Assembly (NCBI RefSeq): GCF_022539665.2
Contig: NC_081331.1
Span: forward strand, 9,548,001 to 9,612,000
Length of the DNA: 64,000 nt
From: Daphnia carinata
Lineage: Eukaryota
Direction of reading: 5' to 3'
The position numbers and the translations under genes were made by a program. Shown here piece after piece: positions 11,870 through 24,500 of the stretch. The notes beneath the pieces are model-generated. The model did no database searches, was not told where the DNA came from, and was given only the letters and a program-made list of their open reading frames with translations. How positions within the stretch are numbered: the first letter of the stretch is position 1; every line of letters starts with the position of its first letter.

Positions 11870-14110
11870 TTAGCGACTAGTATTCGACTGGGTGGTTTTA
11901 ATCCAGCTGACGTAATTGCTGACTCGTGTATAAATACCGGCATACTTAGGATCAGCACAACCTCCGTCAAAGGAAGTGATACCGACTTGAACGCCGTCTA
12001 CGTAAATCGGACCGCCACCGTCACCCTATAAAATCAAATTGATATTTAAATACCGTTGTCTGCATTGAAAACGCGATATTGATTTGATATTTTTCTTGTG
12101 GCAATAACCTTGCACGTGTCTTTTCCATCTGCGGAGGCACACAACATAGTAGTACTGTTGAACTCCGATGCGTATTGACTGGTGCAAAATGAATTCTCTT
12201 GAATCGTGAGGTCGGCCTTCAGCAATACGTCTGACGCGCTTCCTCCTACTAAGCCAGGGAAAGAAGAAACCGATTCGTTAAGACACTAAAATAGCAAAGA
12301 CATTTCCAGTCATTTTGGTAAAGGAATAGGGAATGCTTAACCGGTAGAGGTTGTTCCCCATCCAGCAATGACGGCCGGTTTGTTGGCGTAGTCAGGGAAA
12401 GCTCTCATGGCTGGTTTCTTGGTCGTTTTAGGTTTTGTTGTTGTCTTCATTGTTGGTTTGTTGGTAGTTTTCGGCTTTGTTGTTGTTGGTTTCGTCGTTG
12501 GCTTTTTGGTTGTCGGTTTATTGGTAGTGATTGGTTTTTTAGTCGTTGTCGGTGTTTTGGTCGTCGTCGGTTTCTTAGTTGTCGGTTTTTTTGTGGTTGT
12601 CGGTTTTTTGGTAGTAGTGGGTTTTTTGGTAGTAGTAGGTTTTGTGGTAGTTGGTGGTTCCGTTGGCGGCTCCGTTGGCGGTTCCGTTGTCGTTTCCGTA
12701 GGTGCATCCGTAGGCGCATCCGTAATAGGCTCCCCGTCGTCCGTCGGAAGAGTGACAAATTGGATGTCTGTCACTGGTTCACTCAACACCAATAATGCGA
12801 CGTCATTCATCTGCAATTGACAGGAAGTTAATGAATACAATTGTCCATTTAGAAAGAAAAATGATGAGAAGATTCATGGAAGTCGAAAATATGTTTCGCA
12901 CACAGAATAATCAAACTAATCGTTAACATTTCGAATTGGATACTATAGTGGAAATATGTCCGTTTTTTATGGCAAACGTGTTAGCCTGATTCTAATACTA
13001 CTAAACACTCAAACTGTCCGAAGGAAATTAAACGTAGGATTTCTATTTTTGCGTTTAGCTTTAAATGTTCGCCAATAAATGTTTGAAATAGAAGACAGTT
13101 TTCTTTGTAAACGCTTACCAGAGTCGCATCGTCGTAAGCTTCGTGCATCTTAAATGACGATACTTGTCTGGTAACGGAGCCGTCCCCTCCGCCGGAAATT
13201 GACAACGTGTTAAGATACACAACGAAGCCGGTAGCATCGGCTGAACTAAAGTCAAAGTGGATCCACGCGAAAGGGAACGAATGGATCAAAAAAAAAAAAA
13301 AAAAAAAAAAAAAAACAACAAGCATGCATTTGAAATTGAAGCTGTTGCTGAAATATTTCCTGAATATGGATAGTAAAGGGTCTTCATCAGTTTACCCATG
13401 AACACAATGAGCCGCTGTCAAAACATGTTTTTCTCCAATCAAAGTTCCAGCGCATCCACGTCCATTCAAATTCACACTGGCCTGGAAACGAAACAAATGC
13501 ATAAATAAATTTTAAAATTACATGACGGTGTACCGTTTGGAAAAAAATTCTTAACATTTAACTGATTAAAACGAAATATTGCCATCAAAATAATTCATTT
13601 GCATTGCAGGTTATTAGCTTACCAGGTGAGGGAATTCACCGGCGTCAGCGGGAGTTCCACCGACGATGTGCACGGTTGGCAAACCAGTCCCTACAGTCCA
13701 ACGAAAATTATTGTGGGTTCCAAAAAACCAGCATTTCGAACAAACAAAAAAAGTTTGACCTTCTTTAAATGTTTCTACTTCATAGAAAATACAAACAAAA
13801 CAAAAAAAGAACAAAAAACAAAAACAAATTTGAATAGAAAACAAATAGAATTGCAGCGATCCTGAACCGTTTTCTGTTTATCATGACTGATTTGAAACTT
13901 AAACGAAACAAAAATGTTCTTACTATTGCCGGCACGGAGTGTGTGCGGATGCACGGAACCAACCAGCCAAATTAAGCCTAAAGCCTGTTTCATCCAAACA
14001 TAGTAAAATTCAATTTCAATTTACCATCACGAGCCAAAAAAACTAGACAACATCAATTCTAGCTTAAAATAATAAAACGAAAGTTGTTTTACCCAAGTGG
14101 TGAGGCTCAT
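11870..14110 (-). CDS. Secreted serine protease homolog (non-catalytic, S195G) with internal mucin-like insert, array copy 2; spliced, apparently intact
   Basis: ATG at 14110. Exons read MSLTTW|ALGLIWLVGSVHP..|(possible 15-nt exon 13760-13774)|TGLPTVH-IVGGTPADAGEFPHL|ASVNLNGRGCAGTLIGEKHVLTAAHCVH|..HEAYDDATL|MNDVALL..LP[insert]AVIAGWGTTST|..[51 protein letters not shown] (11870). Splice sites are GT-AG and the phases are compatible. Confidence 0.9.
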
Positions 14111-15853
14111 TGTGAACGATGTACAGTAGATAGGGAGAGTGTCACCAGTGTCTCGAAAGCACAGCTAGGCAGAGATGGCGATCCACAAATGATCATCGTG
14201 TTCGAGCGTCTCCTTTTTATTTCAATTCGAGGGATATCCAAACTGCGTTTGTCCCACTAATATTGGCAGCTTTCCATCGTTGCCGGAAAGCTGATCGGTT
14301 TGCCACGCATTTGAAAACATTGAATCCAGGTAAAATGTGACTAACAGAAAGGAATAAAAAAACATGGAGGCACGAATCACGCACGTATACTGTACATGTA
14401 CAGAAATTCTATTGGGGCATTCCCGCAACACACACACACATACGTATGGAGAACAAAAAAAAATGTGTGAAACCAGTAAATTGGAAGAGCGCACATGTGT
14501 CTCCCTCCTGTCAGTTCGGCCACCTTCGCTATCGTAGATACCACCCAGTATCCAGGAGCTCCACAAGTGCAATGGTTGGAAATTTGGCATATTTTTAATG
14601 GAGTTTTAGATTTAGGACTTTGATAAGACGGGAGTGAGGTCGAAAAGAGCATGAGTCATTTACTATGCACAGGTTTCGGTTCTCGACACTTGGACACATG
14701 CGTTCCCGTTTTTGCTATGCATTTGAGAAACAAACAACGAGCGAAGAATGGATGCATCCAATGGCGTTCGAGGAGTGCGGTGCGCATTCTATTGGCTTAG
14801 TTATACTGAAATTGCACAAAGATAATATTGGTCCAATCTCGGTTCAACACAGAAAAATTCACGCTCAGCTTAAAGGCAATAAACGCAGAATTAACGCACT
14901 GGTCGATTCATGATCACGTTGAAGCAAAAAAAAACGATTGGACAGATGCTGAGAAACGGTTGTGTACAACATGCTCAACGGTAATGGTAGAACTAAATGA
15001 CAGGTATTACGTGTAACAACTGGCTCGGTATTACTTTGTTCAGAGAAAGAGGAGGAAAGGTCATCTAAATAGAAAGGAATAAACAGGGAAGTGGTAACCT
15101 TTCTCTCTTTTTTGTTGTCTGTAAATTACAAGTGGAAAATTGAATCAAAGAAAAGTGAATCTCTCTGGACGACCTTGGGCGCAGGAATCTTAAAGTTACT
15201 TGTATTTCTATTTTATATTAAACTGACACCTGCCCAACCGTTTTTTTTTTGTAGGGAATAGCGTTTCAATGGGTTCACCGTGATTGTTTCTATCAAAGTT
15301 ACGACACACATAACTGTTCCAGTCAACGAATTTGGAAAACGTTCATTGGTTTATCTAAATGGCTGCGACACAGGTCGTTCTAGACCTGTAGACCTGTAGA
15401 CTCTGTTTTTCCACGTACATCACATACATACTTACGAACCAGTAAATGCACTGTGAAATAGTTCCGTTCAGGCAGCCATACCCAACGCAGAGGAAAGAAG
15501 GTCGCTTCATTAGCGGACGAGGAGTACTAGCAAAACTGTATCGATGCACGTTTGAAGTTGTGCTAGAATAGAGGAGGGGAGGGGCATAGGCAGTAACCGG
15601 AAGAGACAAACACATTCATCAGTATTATGCTTACTTAATAAAGAATTTATTTTGACCACAAAACACCTTTTTAAGATCACGCGTGCGTAATTAAACTGAT
15701 AATATTATAAAATGCATTTTTGGTGATCTTTTTAAAACATCGTTAATGCACGTGAAAAAAACAAAAATCAAAAGAGGGTTTTCCCAACAAGTTCAATGAA
15801 AACGCTGAAAGTCGTGCCTTAGGAATTTTATTGGCAAACGCCAACGAAAATAT

Positions 15854-17574
<1,721 letters not shown>

Positions 17575-20065
17575 CGTGAAGGTAGTTCAGTAGAACGGGG
17601 AAGCGTCGTCAGAATCTTGAAGACACGTGACTAATGATCAACGTGTGCAAACTTCCCCTTCTTATTTGAATTTTAAATACATTCAACTAGGCATTTACTA
17701 CAAGCTATGGTAGACATCTGCCAGCGCTGGAAAATAACAAGTTAATCATGCTTGAACGCTTTTTTCTGCGTTGAAACTTATGTAAGGTTCGAAAAAATCC
17801 GTTCCTTACTTATAATTATTGGATAGAGATGATGAACTGTATTGTTGCACTGTTTTCGAGTATTTTTACAAAGACCAAATTGATAATTGACGAAAGGAGA
17901 CTTACGGAGACAGTCTGACAGAGATGGCACTTAAAAGAAGACTCGCTGTTATGACAACTGAAAGTAGACTGCTTGGCAGTAAAAAGTAGACTGCACGGTA
18001 GAATTACTAAAAGTGGAATGCTGGCAATCAGGAAAAAGTACACCATTTATACGAAGAAGCAAGGTCGTTTAGGATTAAGTGTCCCAACGGGAATAAATAT
18101 TCTGCGTGTAAATGTAAACTATGTGAAGAAGTGACAAGTTTTTGTTGGCGGAAGAGGGGAAAAAGGGGTTGCAAGCGTGGGAAATGTAAAGAGTACGGTT
18201 GGCCGTGCCTTACACTTAGATTGGGGCTTACACTGGGGGAAACGTACACTAGGTGAAAGTATGAATCACTTGCAACCTGAAATGTGTTTAATATTCTAGA
18301 AACATAAAACCGGATACGTGAATACTGGGTTCCTGGCTCATAAGAGAGGCAGGTGGCATTGTACATGTGCATGAGTTCAATCAGTTCAGACATCTTTCGC
18401 TGTCGTCAGTAGAGTTTAGTACGTCAGTAACTTTGTGACTGTTGGAATAAAAAAAAAAGTTTATTTTAGAAGAGATTGTATGATTTGATATGATGAGAAT
18501 GCTACAAAAAGAGTCCCATTTTAAACTATTAACTCTCCCACAAATCCGGCAGCTGTTACACCCACACCTGATATACAGGCTGAATTTTTCTCCTAACCAA
18601 TTAATGGTAGAAAGTGGTAAACAAAATAATAAGAAAAGCTAATTTGCATGGAAAATGGAAATAGAAATTTGTATTCTTCTTCCGTGTACTTTTTCCTAAT
18701 GTTTATACTTTTAACTTAATACTAACTCACTATTTTATTTCCTTGCCTCGGTCACCAAATAGACACATAAACTTTCATATTACAGGGTACTGAACGATGC
18801 AGACAACAAAGACAATCAAATTAAATCATACACCTTACATACTACCCCGATAAGCACTAATTAAGATTCCGACAACTAATTTCATTTAATTCACCAGTGA
18901 AACTCGTGATCTGGTGGAGTCAGCGTCAGTCCTTGTTATAACATCAGCAGCAAAGGGATGTCACCATAAAACAATCATTAACTACCTACGGCCTAGTCAC
19001 TTCTACGGTCCTCCCAGGTTAATGGTGGAATGGATTTTCTGGCTAATAAAACAGAAAATTCCCTGATTTACTTTGCTTATTCACCGAATTTTAAAAAAAT
19101 GGCTTTACCTGGTATATATGACGTGGCGATTAATCTGCATGCGATGTGTTGCTGGCAATACGGCGTATCCAACCTGGGAGATGTTTATGCCTGGAGAAGT
19201 TCTACAATACGGGTGCGAAGATAACGTTTACGATTACGTGACGTCTACAGTCATCTATGTTCTTAACAAATAATTACAATCAACACGATAAAATGTAATT
19301 AAAGAACGCGCATTACCAGAAGCATTTAACTGGAAAATCTGAGGCACTTCAATCACGTCTTTCAATAAAAAAATGACCTCAGTATCGGCAAGCGAAACAA
19401 GTTGCAGTCCAGCAACTGTCCTCACATGCAGCTCTGCAGCGAATGAATTTCAACAGTGTCATCTCCGTTATATACGTTTCCTTTTCTCTGAAAAATGAAG
19501 CGAGGGGCGCACAAACTAACCTTGATATTGTACCTGTATCTAATTTGCTTTTTCTTCGAATTTCTACAGAGAACGTGTGAGAAAGCTTGCCTATCCCGCC
19601 CGTTGGAACAAACGAGAACTTGCTATCTGCAAAATTTTTGTCGGGAATGGATAGCCAAATCTGTACCGAGAAAGATGTGCGGGGAGTGGGACGACATAAC
19701 CGGGGGGACTGGCTCGCAACTAAAGTTTTTGTTTTTAATGTCCTTGCCTACACATTTTGGTGCCCTTGGAAATAGAAACCTTGAACACAATATGGTATAA
19801 ATGGCCAATACTTGGCAATTTGTATACTTTGTGTAAGTTGCAAAAATAATTGTGTTGTGCAGGGAATTGTCAATAAAATTGTTTTTTAAACAAAATTTTT
19901 GCAAAACTCATTTTCTTTATTGAATGGGTGTTTGCAATGTTCACAACTTTACAACTTATAATTAGCAACTTTCTTTCTTCTTCAGCTTGCACTATTCATA
20001 ATTATTGTTGTTGCCACCTTTGACGTATGCATTTGTTTCGTTGACCTATGGTTTTTCGGTAAGCA

Positions 20066-20162
20066 TAAACAATATGTTTGAGTAATATAAAGTTGTTATT
20101 GTGTATTATTTTCACACCGCAACAACCAACAACGACTTTATGTTACTCAAACATATTATTTA
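20066..20162. repeat. 36-bp imperfect inverted repeat with a 25-nt spacer
   Basis: Arm 20066-20101 pairs with 20127-20162 (32 Watson-Crick, 2 G:U and 2 mismatches for a plus-strand RNA, hand count). Confidence 0.8.
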
Positions 20163-20199
20163 TACCTAAAACAAGCAATCATTCGCATTGCTATTAAAA

Positions 20200-20500
20200 T
20201 TACATTCATTATAATTGCTGCAGCACAAAATGGAAAGTTAATAGTTAACAGTAATAATAATTAAGTTAAGCAAGTAGAATATAGCAAAATAATTACTGTT
20301 ATATGTAAATCAAAAATAATACTTATAGTTATATGTAAATCAAATCAAGTTATTAGGAATTTAATTCATTATTATTGCTGCAAAATGCAATTCAAAATGA
20401 AAAGTTAACAGTTAATAGCAATAACAATTAAGTTAAGGAAATACAATATAACAATATAAAATAAGGTTTAGTTATATGTTAATCAAATAAAGTTATTCAT
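20200..20500. repeat. AT-rich degenerate direct duplication
   Basis: ttcatta..attgctgca..aaaatg.aaagttaa.agttaa.ag.aataa.aattaagttaag...gttatatgt.aatcaaat.aagttatt occurs twice (~20205-20355 and ~20385-20497). Confidence 0.7.
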
Positions 20501-20603
20501 TTAAAAATCATATATTTATATGGCTAGAATGCGTAAAATTGTATTTAGACTTAATTAGAATCTGACCGGTAGATAGCCATAGCTGTAAAAAAGAAAAAAG
20601 GCC

Positions 20604-20640
<37 letters not shown>

Positions 20641-21582
20641 GTAAAAAGGATTGCCATAAAAAAACTGTTCAAACTTCTCTTTCATTTTGTCTTGGTGATT
20701 GACCGTCTGAAATCTATTGGCTGAACTTGATTTTAATCAAGTTTTGTTGGGATACGCACCGCTTGAAAGTGCAATGGTTCGAAGCCTTAAACATGTTGTC
20801 GAATGCACTACTAGCTCGGGATAAATTGATGTTTTTTTTCGGACGGTCGGGATACTATGCCAGTGTTTTCATTCTTGAGCTACGTACCGTTTAATGAGGG
20901 ACTTCGGCAACAATTTGAATCGTTAACAAAATCGACTCCCACGATTAATCAATCAATATCAGTTGTTCATCCTCTGCCTCTGTGATGCCTGGTGGTTACT
21001 CTTAAACAATTAAATAACCTGTTAAACAGGTATCGGCCAACAGGAACTCATTAAATAAATGGCAACTCATTAAATAAGGAATACATTAAATAAACAATTT
21101 TCTATTGTAGCAAGCATTTGTTCTCTACGTAAAACCAAAAAAAAAAAAACATATAAACACTTGTATGTAAATGTCGAGAAAATTCACAAATCATGGGGGT
21201 ATGGTAATATGAATAGCACTTGCTGAACAACATATTAAAAAGGGAATAATAGAAAAGAGATTTTACTTGCAAACAACACCTCAATATTCCACATGAAATT
21301 TCCCATCGGTGAATAGAATACATAAATTGAATTAGAGTCTTCCGCGAAATGTACGATTTCCAGAGCAACTTCGATGCCGATATTGAACCCGCGCCCAACG
21401 AATTGCGTAGCAAATAAATGAGTTAATGGTGGAACTGTACAATTTCAAATCGAACGGAAAGCTGTTTTGGACGGTCACAATAAGAAAAAAAGACGACAAG
21501 GAAATGGATCTATTTGGCAAAATAAGGCACCAGCTTTGATTCTAAATTACGTTTGAGTGAGTACAGAGACCAACGGTTTCAT

Positions 21583-24500
21583 TCAAGCGGCATCATTGGC
21601 TCTAGCGTCCGACTCGATGATGGCGACAGCATGAATCGTATTACTTTTGTTATCTTTACTAATGGCGGACGAGTCTGCGGCACGGCCGACATTGGCGTGC
21701 TGCTGATGCGGCATGGCGGTCGACAATTTCAAGTTGCGGTGTGGCGAATAGCCGCTGTAGTTCGAGTCGGTCATGGAGCGGCCATCAGCTTCGTCCCGTC
21801 TCGTCATATCCAAAATACCTTGACGGAGGGTCATCGTGGCCGATGAAGTTGATATTTCCGCTTCGGGAGATGAAGTGTCAAAGACACTAATACGATGTTG
21901 AAGCCGTGATCCTGTGGCATGGAACGCTCCACTCGACGCGCCCCACGAAGAGCCGAATTGCTGCAATTTGGTAGGGCGGGGAGGCGGTCGTTTGGCGTAG
22001 CCAAGGTTCTTATTCAAAGCGGATGGTTCTGTTTTATCGACGAGTTCCGTCACCGTGTCAGCCAATGAGATTTGATCGAACGAATTGAAAACGTCTTCGG
22101 AAGACGCGACGCTGCTGGATCCGGTGGCTGTTGCGGCTACCGAGTTGCCGTTAGGGCCGCTGGTGTTGACCAGCAACTCGGAAAGAGGCGGAGCCAAACC
22201 AAGACCCATGTTGCGCTCGTGGTAGACGTCCGAGATTGGCATTTCTCGGTTGAGTCGGTTCATTTGCGTCGCGATGATGTGGTCTTGAATACTACGCGAA
22301 CCGGCGTTGTGAGACAGCTGGACTCCGCCGGACAATTCCGACTCTCCCGGACGTAACGAATAGATGACGCTGGATCCTTCCATTTCGTGATCCGATGGAC
22401 AATTGTCTACCGGCCGTTGGTTGGTCATAGACGGACGAGTTGTGCCTCCTTTATGGAGCGTCCTCGTAGCTGCAGCAGCCGCTTTGGCCATTACTAACTT
22501 GCCCGGTTTGGAATGATGGAACACGGCGGCCGAGAAACGTTCATTGACGTGAGAAACAGCTTCACGATCGGGCGTGACATTGGTCTCGCAAATGACCGAG
22601 TCCGTGTCATCGTCCAGTTGACGCTCTACGGATCGATGGCGACGACGTTGTTGCATAGCTGGGCCAGCAACTGGGAAAGTCGACGGAGCTTTGGCCAGCT
22701 CGCTGCGGACGCTTAGACGATCGAGCGTGTCCAGGGAGCCAGAACGAGCCGATCCTGTTTTGCCATTATTGCCATTTTCACTATCATCGGCCACAGTTTG
22801 ATGCAGAGCCATCTGTCTTTTAAGTCCAGCAGCGAAGCCACCTGGCGGCTTGAAACGGGACCGTGAACGAGCGTCGGCCATCGTGTTGTTCTGCAGACCA
22901 AAGCTCTTAGCGTCTAACCTCAAACGGGATTCGTTGAACGCGCTGATATCTTCGACTTTGCGCGGATTGGATGTCGGGACTTTGCCCAGCGAGGCGGATG
23001 CTGGAGGTTGACGACGGACAGTCGACAAACCGCTTTCCCAATCGGCCGAACTGGTGGTGCTGGACGAAGAATCCGGGCGCGAAGGGTTGTTGCTTCCGCT
23101 GTTTTGCATCATAGGAGCGCCCATCTCGCTGGCCGGCGAGCTGTTTTCCTGCGACGCCAAACTTTGACGGGAGCAATACATGGAACGGATTTTGGATTGA
23201 TGAGCCAACGTCAGCGACATTCGTAGACTTGGAACTGGAACTCCTCTATCACTTCCAGCAGTACTGGACATACCAGCCAACAGGCCAGCAATGCCACCTT
23301 GTCCTCTATGACCCAAGCCTATTAATATCAAAAAAAGAAGTGAATTTTGGAACTAAGATGTACATTTTAAAAATGCTAAATAAATTTACTTGAGCGATGT
23401 ACAGGATCGACGGGACTAGGAGTAAAAGCAGCGTCACTTTCGCGGCCACGTGAATCACCTCCTACGGCCGTCCTGCCGTCCGGTTCACCTCGACAGCCGC
23501 TACGAACGTAACTGCTGAACGCCGACTTGACACTGGCGGACAAGGGCATCCGGCGAGACACCAAACTGGAATAGGTTTGATGAGTGGATGTTCCTACTCT
23601 TCCGGTTCCGTTGGCTCCCCCAGCTGTTCCGCCGTTGTTGCCAACAGATGGCGCTGAGCGTCCGGATCGATTAGATACAACGTTGCGTTGGTTGTTGGAC
23701 GTTCCGTCCTGTTCCTGCTCTTCTTCTTCCTCGTCGGATGTAAGGCTCTCTACAGAGCTGGACGAGTCCAGTGATAGGCTCGTAGGGGTGTCTAAAGTTT
23801 CTAACCGAAAAGGCCAAATGAATAAAGAGATACAAGAAAACGGAGATACATGGGAAAAGGGTTGCCGGAACCGGACATACCAAAGAGAGCCAACAGGGCT
23901 TGTAGGGCGAACTGTATGTTGCGTTTGTTGGCCAGCTTGCCCGTCCTGAGGGTAACTTCATTGCGACCGACTTCCATAAGGTCGAATCCGAGTGATGCCA
24001 ACAATTCGTGGCAGCCGGGCAAACGCCAAAGCTTCACTGGAACGGGAATGTCGACACTTTCGCTCTCCAGGTCTCGTAGTCCCAACTGGACGGTAGCGTT
24101 ACGCAAAACGGCCGTGATATCGTCAGTCGACGCTTCGGAACTGGCCAGCAATTTGGAAATGGCGAGGAGAGAAGGTGTTGTCAATCCCAGCAGAGCTTGA
24201 AGGCTGGCCGAGCATTGAGTCAGTCTCTCTCCTGGATCACTTTGCGGGAAGAAGACGGACGCCGGAATGTTGTTGGCGGCCGGCTCGAAACGGAACCCAA
24301 CCGAAATGAGCAGCTCTTTCCAGCCACCGACTGGGCCGACTTTGTTCTCGATACTACGCTGAGTAGTGTACATGGCGTTTCGGTATCCGCGATGGATCCG
24401 CTGGAGCGATTTCTCAACTAAATGAAGCGTCACTCGCAAAGCGTCCCGGCACTTGTCCGGCGTCTTGAGCAATTCCGTCAACGCTTGGCCCATTAAGGCC

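Noticed and set aside
12407..12820. Val/Gly/Phe-rich 'membrane' ORFs (also 1622-1885 and 16149-16706) and Arg/Pro-rich frames
   Set aside because: Antisense or alternative frames of the KKPTTT repeat.
17800..19950. Possible coding fragments between the protease array and TTC28
   Set aside because: Some splice-like sites are present (e.g. ~19107), but the frames I read contained stops and no motif was recognised.
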